Below the pieces are notes generated by a model, which made no database searches, was not told the origin of the DNA, and was given only the letters and a program-made list of their open reading frames with translations. The position numbers and the translations under genes are program-made. A stretch of DNA of 62,963 bases from Ruminococcus sp. (lineage in GTDB: Bacteria > Bacillota > Clostridia > Oscillospirales > Ruminococcaceae): assembly GCA_017465305.1 (NCBI GenBank), contig JAFTWL010000155.1:1-62963 (forward strand). The letters are read 5' to 3'. Below, piece by piece: positions 40,312-50,009 of this stretch (positions within the stretch are counted from its first letter, which is position 1; each line of letters opens with the position of its first letter).

Positions 40312-40770
40312 ATGAAGCTTGTTATTCAGCGGGTAACACATGCAAGTGTTAAAGTAGACGGAAATGTTACAGGAGAAATTGAAAAGGGATTTTTAGTGTT
40401 ATTGGGTGTTGGTCAGGAAGATACTGAAGAAATTGCACGCAAAATGGCAGATAAAATGATGCGTCTTAGAATTTTCTCAGACGATAATGATAAAATAAAC
40501 CTGTCTTTAAGTGATGTAAACGGCAAATTGCTTATTGTATCGCAGTTTACTCTTTACGCTGACTGTAAGCATGGAAACAGACCAAGTTTTATTTATGCAG
40601 GAAAGCCTGACAAGGCAGAAGCTTTGTATGAATATTTTAAAGCATATTGTCGCAAATCTGGAATTGCTGTTGAATCAGGAGTATTTGGTGCTGATATGAA
40701 AGTTGAGCTCTGCAATGATGGTCCATTTACTATTATACTTGATTCTGATGAAATAATTAAACGTACATAA
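40312..40770 (+). CDS. dtd: D-aminoacyl-tRNA deacylase
   Basis: VIQRV, SQFTL, FGA.M.V.L.NDGPFT. Confidence 0.96.
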   Translation: MKLVIQRVTHASVKVDGNVTGEIEKGFLVLLGVGQEDTEEIARKMADKMMRLRIFSDDNDKINLSLSDVNGKLLIVSQFTLYADCKHGNRPSFIYAGKPDKAEALYEYFKAYCRKSGIAVESGVFGADMKVELCNDGPFTIILDSDEIIKRT

Positions 40771-40829
40771 ATTTAAATGAAAAAGTAGTTTATTTTTGTC
40801 ACTGCTTGTAATAAAAAATGGAGATATGT

Positions 40830-41276
40830 ATGAAGATTATTATTGATGAGATTCCATCAGAGCAGGAAGAATGTATTGTAATTAGTTGTCATACTATAGA
40901 TGATTCTGTTCTTTCTCTTGTAAAGCAAATACAAAGTAAAATAAATAAAAATACAGAAATTATCGGGTATCAGGAAGAAATGATTTGCCGTTTGCGAGAG
41001 AAAGATATTTACTATTTTGAAGCTGTTGATAATCATGTTTTTGCTTATGCTGCGAAAGAAGTTTATACTATAAAGCAAAAACTTTATGAGTTGGAACAGA
41101 CAACGAACCCGAAGTATTTTTTTCGTGCATCACGTTCAGTTTTATTAAATTTTGAAAAAATCAGTTCAATAAAGCCAGCTCTTTATGGAAGATTTGAAGC
41201 AGTTCTTGATAATGGAGAAAAAGTTATAATATCAAGGCAGTATGTTCCTATGCTAAAAAAATTATTAGGATTATAG
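40830..41276 (+). CDS. stand-alone LytTR-domain transcriptional regulator
   Basis: IYYFEA, KLYELE, FFRASRS..LN, LDNGEKV.ISRQY; no receiver domain. Confidence 0.92.
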   Translation: MKIIIDEIPSEQEECIVISCHTIDDSVLSLVKQIQSKINKNTEIIGYQEEMICRLREKDIYYFEAVDNHVFAYAAKEVYTIKQKLYELEQTTNPKYFFRASRSVLLNFEKISSIKPALYGRFEAVLDNGEKVIISRQYVPMLKKLLGL

Positions 41277-41286
41277 GGAAAGGAGA

Positions 41287-41760
41287 ATGCAAATGCTTTC
41301 TTTTTTAAAAAATCGTTTTATAGATTTCTTTTTAATTTTTGGTGGCATTCTGTTAATACAGGCTTTTTCTATGAAAGAGGGACAAGTACTAAATGCACAT
41401 GAATTAAAAATGATTGCACTTTGTGCAGTTTGCTCTGATTTGCCGTCCTTTATATTGTACAATATTGAGAATGCAGGAAAATGGAACATGAGAATTCGTA
41501 TGGTTTTGCATTTTGTTGTGTTAGAAATTGTCGTTATTATTTTTGCTTTTTGGGCGGACTTTGTTTCTAATTGGAAAGGTGTAGCCGGTATTGCTATCAC
41601 AGTTGTTATTATTTATGTTTTGGTTGCTCTTACAACATGGACAGAGAGCTGTCGTGAGGCAAGAAGAATTAACAAACAGATTCAAAACAGAAAAAAAGCG
41701 GATAATCAACTTTCAGAAAATAATTTAATTGTAGAAGTAAGAGAAAATAAGAAAAAATAA
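41287..41760 (+). CDS. small multi-TM membrane protein, partner of the LytTR regulator (DUF3021-like)
   Basis: About four TM helices, R.VLHF motif, A.RINK.I C-terminus; LytTR-membrane protein-ABC arrangement. Confidence 0.65.
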   Translation: MQMLSFLKNRFIDFFLIFGGILLIQAFSMKEGQVLNAHELKMIALCAVCSDLPSFILYNIENAGKWNMRIRMVLHFVVLEIVVIIFAFWADFVSNWKGVAGIAITVVIIYVLVALTTWTESCREARRINKQIQNRKKADNQLSENNLIVEVRENKKK

Positions 41761-41771
41761 AAAATATATTT

Positions 41772-41862
41772 TGCATTTTAAATAGCCCTTGGTGCAACTC
41801 ACCAAGGGCTATTTGCAACTTACATAAAAAAGCTTTACAGTTAATTTCTTTTATGCTAAGAT
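41772..41862 (+). promoter_or_regulatory. probable LytTR operator (TGCA-led repeats at 21-bp period) and ABC operon promoter
   Basis: TGCATTT 41772, TGCAACT 41793, TGCAACT 41814, then TTTACA-N17-TAAGAT. Confidence 0.6.
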
Positions 41863-41906
41863 AAAAACATAAATTTATTCACATTGCAGAAAGGAGAATC
41901 GCTATT

Positions 41907-42824
41907 TTGAAAGAAATTATTTGTGTATCGCATTTAAAAAAGTCATATGGTGAAGTTCAGGCAGTAAAAGATGTTAGTTTTTCTGTGCAGGCAGGGCAGT
42001 TATTTGCTTTTTTAGGACCTAATGGTGCAGGAAAAAGTACTACAATTGATATTCTCTGTACATTACTAAAAATGGATTCCGGAGAAGTAAAAATTGCAGG
42101 ATGTGATTTAAAAGGTCAGGAGAATCTTGTAAGAGAGAAGATTGGCATTGTATTTCAGGATAGTATTATGGATAAAGTTTTGACAGTTAAAGAAAATTTA
42201 ATGGTGAGAGCAGGATTTTATTATAAAACAAAAGCAGAAAAATTAGAAGCAGTTAATCGTGTTGCAAAGCAGACAGATATTGAAGCATTCTGGAATAGAA
42301 AGTATGGAAAGCTTTCTGGCGGACAGCGTCGAAGAGCAGATATTGCGAGGGCATTATTAAATACGCCTGAGATTTTATTTTTAGATGAACCTACAACAGG
42401 ATTAGACCCACAGACAAGAAAATATGTCTGGGAGACAATTTTAAATTTAAAGAAAACCAAGGGAATGACAATTTTTCTTACAACGCATTATATGGAGGAA
42501 GCAGCAGATGCTGATTTTGTCACTATTATCGATGATGGAAAAATTGTCGCTGAAGGAACGCCTTACAATTTAAAAGAAAAGTATGCGTCAGACCAACTGC
42601 GTTTAAAAGCAAAACAAGAAGTTGACTTATGCAAGAAATTAACGGATTTGGGAGTTACCTATCAAATAAACTCTCCGTTTGTCTGTATTTCTTTAAAAAA
42701 CACAATGGAAGGCATTCCGATTTTAAAAGAAACAGAAAATTTACTGGAAAGCTTTGAAGTTGTACATGGAACTATGGACGATGTATTTTTGAATATTACA
42801 GGAAAGGAGATACGAACAGTATGA
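41907..42824 (+). CDS. ABC-2 type exporter ATP-binding subunit
   Basis: GPNGAGKST, LSGGQRRR, LDEPTTGLD, TTHYMEEA. Confidence 0.95.
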   Translation: MKEIICVSHLKKSYGEVQAVKDVSFSVQAGQLFAFLGPNGAGKSTTIDILCTLLKMDSGEVKIAGCDLKGQENLVREKIGIVFQDSIMDKVLTVKENLMVRAGFYYKTKAEKLEAVNRVAKQTDIEAFWNRKYGKLSGGQRRRADIARALLNTPEILFLDEPTTGLDPQTRKYVWETILNLKKTKGMTIFLTTHYMEEAADADFVTIIDDGKIVAEGTPYNLKEKYASDQLRLKAKQEVDLCKKLTDLGVTYQINSPFVCISLKNTMEGIPILKETENLLESFEVVHGTMDDVFLNITGKEIRTV

Positions 42825-43672
42825 AAGGTCTGATTTGGAGAGGATTAACTTGTTATTTTCGAGATAAGGCAAACGTATTTTTTTCTATGCTGGGAGTAAT
42901 TATTATATTTTGTTTGTTTGTTTTCTTTCTTGGAGATACGATTTCATTTGGAGAGAATCTCGCAAGAGAAAAAGAGATGATTAACTATTGGATGGTTTCT
43001 GGAATGCTTGCCAGTTCAGCAATGACAACAAGCGTTGGTGCATATACTTTAATGGTTAGTGACCGTGAACATAAGCAGGGAAAAGATTTTATGTCTTCTC
43101 CTATAGAAAGATGGAAAATAACCGGTGGTTACTGGATACCGGGAGTATTGATTGGAATAATTATGAGCTTGTTTACATTAGTAGCAGGTGTTATTTATGT
43201 GCTTGCTAAAGGCGGAGAATTTCCTGCATTTGAAATATTACTAAAATGCTTAGGGGTAATTTTATTGAATACATTAGCATCAAGTGCAATTGTATGTTTT
43301 TTGATTAGATTTATTAAAACGAGCAGTGCTTTTACAGCGTTCAGTGTTTTAGTTGGAACTTTAATTGGTTTTTTAGTTGGTGCGTATATACCGGTAGGTC
43401 AATTACCTGATGGAGTGCAAATGGTTGTAAAATGTTTTCCTTGTGCTCATGCAGCAGCATTATTTCGTACTTTGCTTATGAAAGATTCTATGCAGGAGGG
43501 ATTTGCAGGAGCTTCATCTGAAGTTGTTTCAGATTTTTCTGAACAGCTTGGAATTACATTTAATTTTGGTGATACTGTATTTCCTTTCTGGGGGCATATA
43601 TTAGTTTTAATAGGCACATCAATTTTATTTTATCTTTTGTCTACTATAATATTCAGAAAAAAATCACAATAA
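42821..43672 (+). CDS. ABC-2 type exporter permease
   Basis: Six TM helices, YFRDK..VFFS, GTLIGF..G.YIP. Confidence 0.9.
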   Translation: MKGLIWRGLTCYFRDKANVFFSMLGVIIIFCLFVFFLGDTISFGENLAREKEMINYWMVSGMLASSAMTTSVGAYTLMVSDREHKQGKDFMSSPIERWKITGGYWIPGVLIGIIMSLFTLVAGVIYVLAKGGEFPAFEILLKCLGVILLNTLASSAIVCFLIRFIKTSSAFTAFSVLVGTLIGFLVGAYIPVGQLPDGVQMVVKCFPCAHAAALFRTLLMKDSMQEGFAGASSEVVSDFSEQLGITFNFGDTVFPFWGHILVLIGTSILFYLLSTIIFRKKSQ

Positions 43673-43676
43673 TATA

Positions 43677-43714
43677 AAAAGCACAATTCTCTTGATTTAG
43701 AGAACTGTGCTTTT
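43677..43714. terminator. bidirectional terminator
   Basis: aaaagcaca.ttctc...gagaa.tgtgctttt between convergent genes. Confidence 0.85.
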
Positions 43715-43723
43715 ATTTTTTTA

Positions 43724-44839
43724 TTAGTAGTACATAAACAGCTGACAAGGAATCATGCCATTATATAATTTTCTTCTCTTCATAGCGTCTTTTCCGAAAA
43801 ATGTTTCAAATTCTTTATCAGGGGATATTACATAGCATGGATTTTCTTTATTAGCAGGGAAAACTTCTCCCATAATACGATATAGAGATTCAGCTTGACG
43901 GACATCTAAGAGTCTTTCGCCATATGGTGGATTGCATATTGTAATACTGTCAGCAATAGGTGTAAAGTCAGCAATATCACGTTGTTGCAGATGTATTCTT
44001 GGCTTTGCACCTGCTTTTCTTGCATTTTCTTCAGCTAATGCTATAGCTGAAGGGTCACAGTCAAAGCCATATGCTGTGAAAGTAGCATCACGTCTGATTG
44101 AGCTTATTGCCTCCATTCGAGCTTCTTTCCATACATTGTGAGGAATGCAATCCCACTTTTCAGCAGCAAAGTGTCTGTTTAATCCTGGAGCTATATGTAA
44201 AGCTTTTAATGTTGCTTCAATTAAAAATGTACCGCTTCCACAAAACGGGTCACATACAACGCTATCTGAACGAATTCTTGCTAAGTCAACAATACCAGCA
44301 GCAAGGGTTTCTTTGATAGGTGCAGCATTAGCATTTCGTCTGTATCCTCTTTTATGCAGTCCAGTTCCTGAAGTATCAAGATATATAGTAGCAATGTTTT
44401 TTCTGATTGAGAATTGAATTTGATGTATTGCACCGCTTTCAGTGAACCAGCTTGTATGATAATGTTGTTTGAGTCTTTCGACAGCTGCTTTTTTAATAAT
44501 TGACTGACAATCAGGTACACTATGCAGTTTTGAATCAAGTGCATGTCCTTTTACAGGGAAAGCATCATCTTTACCAATCCAGTTTTCAAGAGGAAGTTTT
44601 TTTACTCCCTGAAATAACTCTTCAAAATTATATGCTGAAAATTCTCCAAGTTGAATTAAAACACGTTCAGCAGTAGAAAGGCATAGATTAGCTTTTGCAA
44701 GAGTCATGAAATCACCATGGAATAATACACGACCATCCTGTACTGTTATATCAGTTGCTCCTATTTTTGAAATTTCAAAATGTAAAGTGCGTTCCAGTCC
44801 GAAATGACAAGGGCAACACATGAGAAAAGAATTAGGCAT
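43724..44839 (-). CDS. THUMP-domain RNA methyltransferase (RlmL/YpsC-like)
   Basis: LDTSG.GLHKRGYR, APIKETLAA, DPFCGSGT, NPPYGERL. Confidence 0.92.
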   Translation of the reverse strand: MPNSFLMCCPCHFGLERTLHFEISKIGATDITVQDGRVLFHGDFMTLAKANLCLSTAERVLIQLGEFSAYNFEELFQGVKKLPLENWIGKDDAFPVKGHALDSKLHSVPDCQSIIKKAAVERLKQHYHTSWFTESGAIHQIQFSIRKNIATIYLDTSGTGLHKRGYRRNANAAPIKETLAAGIVDLARIRSDSVVCDPFCGSGTFLIEATLKALHIAPGLNRHFAAEKWDCIPHNVWKEARMEAISSIRRDATFTAYGFDCDPSAIALAEENARKAGAKPRIHLQQRDIADFTPIADSITICNPPYGERLLDVRQAESLYRIMGEVFPANKENPCYVISPDKEFETFFGKDAMKRRKLYNGMIPCQLFMYY

Positions 44840-44883
44840 AAAAAAGCTCCTTATTATTTTATATTTGAATTTTTGTTTATTTA

Positions 44884-44918
44884 AATTCAGAGAGTACTTT
44901 TAAAGTACTCTCTGAATT
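44884..44918 (-). terminator. long near-perfect hairpin after the PBP gene
   Basis: aattcagagagtacttt-t-aaagtactctctgaatt. Confidence 0.7.
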
Positions 44919-44942
44919 GATTTATGCGATATTATCCATCAA

Positions 44943-47798
44943 TTAGCTTTCTGGTGCTGGGGAATCGCCTCCACTGTTTCCTCCAGAATTACCACCAGAA
45001 CTTCCGTTACCAGAATCACCGCTGCTGCTTCCTCCAGAGTCACCGCCTGAATTTCCACCGCTGGAATCGCCACCACTGGATTGACCACTATCACCGCCAC
45101 TTAAATCTCCATCTGAAGAAGGATTATCATCAATGTCGTCATATATTGGTGTAGTGTTTTGTACAGGAGGTCTTGTATAAACGTATCCTGTACACTCATT
45201 ACATGTAGGTGCATTTGTGGATTTCCAGTATCCTAATTCACCTTTAGTACAATAAGGTCCAGCAATTTTACCTGATTTTTTACATACATAGTTTTCTATG
45301 ACGCTATCGTTAGTAGGATATTTTTTGCCGCTTACAATACTATCGGCGTATTCACCAATAATTTTAGACCACATTTCAGCTGCTTTCAATGTTTCAGGTA
45401 ATGAATGACGTTCTGTGTATCCAATCCACACACCGCTTACAAAATCCTCAGTCATACCCACAAAAGTAAGGTCATACCAGTTTTCTGTAGTACCTGTTTT
45501 TCCGCAGACAGTTTTGTTTTTAAGTTTAGCACCGCTGCCAGTTCCGTTATCGACAACGTTCTGGAGAAGTTTATTCATAACATATGCCGTCTGGTCGTTG
45601 ATTACTCTTCTTGGACTTCCGTCATCCTCATAAATAAGAGTTTCGTTTCCCTGCATTACACGACTTATGATGTGAGCATTATAATAAGTTCCACCGTTTC
45701 CGAACGGAATATATCCGTTTACAAGGTTTTTAAGTGATATGCCGTATGTCAAAGCACCTACAGAAAGAGGTGAAAGGTCATTATCTGTTTTTCCGTCAGT
45801 AGCAGTTTCTGCAAGTTTAAGCCCCATTTTATTTTTTGCAAAGTCGAATATAGCTTGTGGGGTAAACTGGTCGCATATTTTTGCAGGAACTGTATTAAGA
45901 GACCTTGCAAGTGCATCATATACAGGTACTTTATTACGTGAATAAGTGTTTGAATAATTTGATGGCCAGTCTTTGTCATCAATTTTCTTTAAAGGCTCGT
46001 CCATGTACATAGAGCCCCAATGGATTTTATCATTTTCAAGGCCATACCCATATGTGGTAAGAGGTTTTATTGTAGAACCTGGCTGTCGAGGTTCCATAGT
46101 TGCATAGTTCCAGCAGAAAGGCACAGTTTTTTCTCCTACAGCTCCTACAATAGCTTTAATTCTTCCTTCATAGTCCATAGCAATAAATGAGGATTGAGGA
46201 TACATTATTTCATCAGTAGTGTATTCTTCGTCACCATTTTCATCGAGGTAGAGAGCAACTTCTTCTTTAGAAACAAAATTATTTAAATCAAGATATTTTT
46301 CCTCTACATATGATTGCATATCCAAATCTACTGTAACATCAATACGATAGCCACCAGCATTTATACGTTCAATGGCTTCTTCTAATGTCAGGTTATAAGT
46401 ATTTTCAAGGTAATCTGCGAATTCATAAATTGCAGTATCAACAATCCATGAAGTTACTACTGCTTTTAGATATTGATTTTCTTCTTCTTCAGGATGTGAT
46501 TCTTTATATTCTTCAGAATCAGTGAAAACAAGTTTTTCATTAAGTGCCTGTTGGTATTCGTCGAATGTAATAGCACCATTTTCATACATTTGATTTAAAA
46601 CATAATATTGACGTTTAGCATTTTCTTCTCGTCCTGTGTTAATTTCTTCTCCTGTTGTCTCATCTGTGTAAGAGGCAAAAGGGTTAAGGGTATTAGGGCT
46701 TTTAGGAATTGCTGCAAGTGAAGCAGCTTCGGCAATTGATAATTCACCAACATCTTTTCCGAAATATTTTTGTGATGCCATTTGTATTCCATTTGTAGCA
46801 CCGCCAAAACCTATATAGTTCAGATAATATGCAAGTATCTCATCTTTGGAATAACGCTGTTCAAGTTCCATAGCACGGAAAATTTCTCTGATTTTACGTG
46901 ACGGTGACTGAACATCATCACCAGTAATATTTTTAACCAGCTGTTGAGTAATAGTAGAACCACCTATTTTGGTATCATAGATGTGCATGAACATATTAGC
47001 GAAAGAGTAGAAAGTACGTTTATAATCCACGCCATCATGTGTATAGAATTTACTGTCTTCAGCGTATACGAAAGCATCTCTTACATGTTGTGGAATCTGG
47101 TCTATAGTAACAGGAATACGTTCAGTATTATTATTTACCTCATATAAGCAGACTGTAGGATTTCCCTCAGCGTCGTTTGCATAAATATAAGTATTATTTC
47201 GTCGTTCCATTTCTTCAATGGTTACATTTGAAACTTCGTCTCTAAAACTCATTACATAAACAGTCATTGCAGTTGCAACAATAGTACCTGTAATTATAAA
47301 AATTAAGAAAAGTGATATGAGTGTTGTTGTAAATATAGATATTGCACGCCTTAGAACAGGAAATTTTTTTGGTTTTGCAGCACGGAGATTTTCATTGTAA
47401 TAAGGGTATTCAGGTGTACCGCTTGGAGGTTTTCTCCATGATTCGTTTTCTGTTGGCTGAGGTAGTGCAGGTTGTGGAGGTTTAGAATTATGTTTAGGTG
47501 AGACTCTGTTTTTTTCAAGATTTTTTTTAATTTGCTGTTGCATTTCCTGTTGAGAAATATGGTTTTTTTTCTTGTTTTCAGATTGATTATTATTGTTTGA
47601 GGGATTTCTTTTTGCAGAAGTTTTTCCAGAGGAAGACGGTTTTCCGGTCATTTTTTTCATTTCAGCAGGTCGTCTTTTAGTGTTATTTGAGGCGACTTTT
47701 TTTGAAGCGGATGTTTTTCCCCTGTTGGGAGCAGATTTTGCAGATGATTTTCCCTTTTTGGGGAAATTATTTTCTGCTTGAATATGCTTTTTGTCCAT
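44943..47798 (-). CDS. class A penicillin-binding protein (PBP1A-like transglycosylase/transpeptidase)
   Basis: ED..FY.H.GVD, GSTITQQLVKN, RKIRE; SxxK (STIK), SxN (SLN), KTG intact; basic disordered N-terminus and Gly/Ser-rich tail. Confidence 0.95.
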   Translation of the reverse strand: MDKKHIQAENNFPKKGKSSAKSAPNRGKTSASKKVASNNTKRRPAEMKKMTGKPSSSGKTSAKRNPSNNNNQSENKKKNHISQQEMQQQIKKNLEKNRVSPKHNSKPPQPALPQPTENESWRKPPSGTPEYPYYNENLRAAKPKKFPVLRRAISIFTTTLISLFLIFIITGTIVATAMTVYVMSFRDEVSNVTIEEMERRNNTYIYANDAEGNPTVCLYEVNNNTERIPVTIDQIPQHVRDAFVYAEDSKFYTHDGVDYKRTFYSFANMFMHIYDTKIGGSTITQQLVKNITGDDVQSPSRKIREIFRAMELEQRYSKDEILAYYLNYIGFGGATNGIQMASQKYFGKDVGELSIAEAASLAAIPKSPNTLNPFASYTDETTGEEINTGREENAKRQYYVLNQMYENGAITFDEYQQALNEKLVFTDSEEYKESHPEEEENQYLKAVVTSWIVDTAIYEFADYLENTYNLTLEEAIERINAGGYRIDVTVDLDMQSYVEEKYLDLNNFVSKEEVALYLDENGDEEYTTDEIMYPQSSFIAMDYEGRIKAIVGAVGEKTVPFCWNYATMEPRQPGSTIKPLTTYGYGLENDKIHWGSMYMDEPLKKIDDKDWPSNYSNTYSRNKVPVYDALARSLNTVPAKICDQFTPQAIFDFAKNKMGLKLAETATDGKTDNDLSPLSVGALTYGISLKNLVNGYIPFGNGGTYYNAHIISRVMQGNETLIYEDDGSPRRVINDQTAYVMNKLLQNVVDNGTGSGAKLKNKTVCGKTGTTENWYDLTFVGMTEDFVSGVWIGYTERHSLPETLKAAEMWSKIIGEYADSIVSGKKYPTNDSVIENYVCKKSGKIAGPYCTKGELGYWKSTNAPTCNECTGYVYTRPPVQNTTPIYDDIDDNPSSDGDLSGGDSGQSSGGDSSGGNSGGDSGGSSSGDSGNGSSGGNSGGNSGGDSPAPES

Positions 47799-48089
47799 AG
47801 TGATACTAAATTCCTTCCATAAGATTTAAAATCGGATTTATGCCAGCATTTATAAAACTGCAAAAGCTTACTAAAAATATGTAAATATTTCTGTTAGTTT
47901 ATTTTTAAATGCTGACACATCTATGAAAAATGATATGTTGTACGAAATACAGTACAGAATTATTATACCACAAAAAATTATTTGTGTTAAGCGGTTCAGA
48001 GAAATTTTCAAAAAATATACACAATGTATAAGTTTTTATATTCTGCCCATACTGTTTATGTTACTTATAGAGAAAGGAAGTGAATTTAT

Positions 48090-48422
48090 ATGTCAAAAAA
48101 AATCAGATGGATGTATATAATTTTGACAGCTATGGTTATTTCCGTAATTATTATTGTAGGAAGTGCATCATATACAGTCAGACATAAAAAAGCAATCATT
48201 AAGGAGCAGGACGAAGTGACATCAATGCCTCAGTATGGATATACATTAAAAGAGTATGAGGGATATTTAGCATTATTCAGAGGTGAAAGTGAAACACCAT
48301 ATCAAAGACTGGACATGCCGGTGAATATGCTTTCAGAGTATGACAGAAAGCTTATGGAGGAAGGAATCAGCGTAGAAACAGAAGCAGAACTGCGAGTATT
48401 ATTAGAAGATTTTACAGGTTAG
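48090..48422 (+). CDS. small membrane-anchored protein, BofC C-terminal-like
   Basis: TM helix then Y.LKEYEG.LA.F, L...DR.L..EGI.V.....L..LLEDF. Confidence 0.7.
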   Translation: MSKKIRWMYIILTAMVISVIIIVGSASYTVRHKKAIIKEQDEVTSMPQYGYTLKEYEGYLALFRGESETPYQRLDMPVNMLSEYDRKLMEEGISVETEAELRVLLEDFTG

Positions 48423-48642
48423 TTTATAAGAAATAAAGTTGAATAAATATATATTTTATGCTCTGTATATTATTTTTATATAGAGCATTTTTATTATAAT
48501 TTTAAAGTTAATAATTTTATTACATTTAATACATATGCTATCCTTTTTGTTTTGTTATAATAAAATTATTAAAACTGAAATAAAATTTTCAGTAGATATA
48601 ACGAAAATGGTTGATTATTTTACATTAGAGGAGGTTTCTTTT

Positions 48643-49938
48643 ATGAAAGGTATATTAAAAAAGAGTGTATCATTGCTTACAGCGATAGTTTGCTTTATAA
48701 TTGGAGGTTCGTTTGATTATTCTGTGTATAGTTCTTCATATTATGAAGAAGGAAACGAAATAATTGGTGTTGAATCTGTTGAATTGACATTGGACGAGCT
48801 GAAATCTATGGATTATAAAGTTGATGTAAATGTTTATGTTATTCCAGAAGTTAATTTTGAGAATTGTGGACAAATATATGTAGGGTTTGGTATTAAACAT
48901 GACAAACAATTAACTTTATATGCTTGTAATGGTAGTAGTGGTTCTGGTTATAATAAAGACGCAGGATTTTTTTGGGCGGGTAGGATTTTAAGTGGTAGAA
49001 TGGTAGGGAAACATTGGGTGACAAGTGAATTTATGCAAAAAAAATCATTATGTATTTGTACTTTAACTTTTGAAATACCATCAAACGCAAAAGAAGGTGA
49101 TATATATACTATTATTCCTGCAAGACAAGATAGTAGAGGTGTTCCACCAACAGTAAACTATATTTCTTCGTCTTTTGATTCATTGCCAACTCCTGGTGAT
49201 AAATATATTTCTAATTTTATAGATGGTTATATTAAAATTGTAGAAAATAAAACTGCTACTACATCAACAACAACATCAAAACCGATCACAGTCACAACAA
49301 CAAACACCACAAATTTAACTACTGCAATGACAACAGAACCGATAACAACAACAACTGCAAAGTTAGAAACTACAGAAACCTCAACAGAACTGATAACAAC
49401 AACTATTACAAACTCAGAAACTACAACAGAATCGGTAACAACTACTGCCACAAAACCAGTAACTACAACTACTACAAAGTTGGAAACCACAGAAATTACA
49501 ACAAAACCAATAACAACAACTACAACAACGAATGAACTTCAAATTGACAAAACATCAATAACATTAAAAAATGGAGAACAATATCAAATTTTTGCAAATC
49601 AAAACAATCTTACATATAGATCAAATAATACTGATGTTGCAATAGTTTCTAAAAAAGGTATTGTAACTGCACTCGGTGAGGGAACTGCAACAATATCTAT
49701 AATCAATTCAGATTCAGATGTCGTTCAGCTTAAAGTCAAAGTAATTTCAGCTAATGGAATAAGCGGTGACCTGAATCAGGACAATGCTATTACAATATCT
49801 GACGCAGTTGTTTTCCAAAAGTACATATTAGGTACACAAACACTTACACAGGAACAAGCAAAATGTGCTGACCTTACAAAAGACGGAATAATCAATATTT
49901 TTGACCTGAGCGTTTTAAAATATAAACTTTTCTCTTAA
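48643..49938 (+). CDS. secreted cohesin-like + Thr-rich linker + Ig-like (Big2) + type I dockerin protein
   Basis: Signal peptide; LTFEIP.NAK.GD.Y.I and GYIKI cohesin-like signature; SNN.DVA.VS..G.VTA..EGTATI; duplicated GDLNQD..I.I.D / ADL..DG.I.I.D; RBS GAGGAGG. Confidence 0.8.
   Translation: MKGILKKSVSLLTAIVCFIIGGSFDYSVYSSSYYEEGNEIIGVESVELTLDELKSMDYKVDVNVYVIPEVNFENCGQIYVGFGIKHDKQLTLYACNGSSGSGYNKDAGFFWAGRILSGRMVGKHWVTSEFMQKKSLCICTLTFEIPSNAKEGDIYTIIPARQDSRGVPPTVNYISSSFDSLPTPGDKYISNFIDGYIKIVENKTATTSTTTSKPITVTTTNTTNLTTAMTTEPITTTTAKLETTETSTELITTTITNSETTTESVTTTATKPVTTTTTKLETTEITTKPITTTTTTNELQIDKTSITLKNGEQYQIFANQNNLTYRSNNTDVAIVSKKGIVTALGEGTATISIINSDSDVVQLKVKVISANGISGDLNQDNAITISDAVVFQKYILGTQTLTQEQAKCADLTKDGIINIFDLSVLKYKLFS
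49252..49530 (+). repeat. Thr-rich coding repeat (linker)
   Basis: Degenerate tandem PITTTTAKLETTE / PVTTTTTKLETTE units, ACA-rich DNA. Confidence 0.8.
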
Positions 49939-49950
49939 TTCATCTATATA

Positions 49951-49995
49951 AAAAGAGGATGTTGCATCAAACTAAATGATGTAACATCCTTTTTA
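49951..49995. terminator. bidirectional terminator
   Basis: aggatgttgcatca...tgatgtaacatcct between convergent genes. Confidence 0.8.
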
Positions 49996-50009
49996 ATTAT
50001 AATAAAAAA

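Noticed and set aside
44960-45115. Gly/Ser repeats at the PBP1A C-terminus as a separate element
   Set aside because: Ordinary low-complexity tail typical of class A PBPs.
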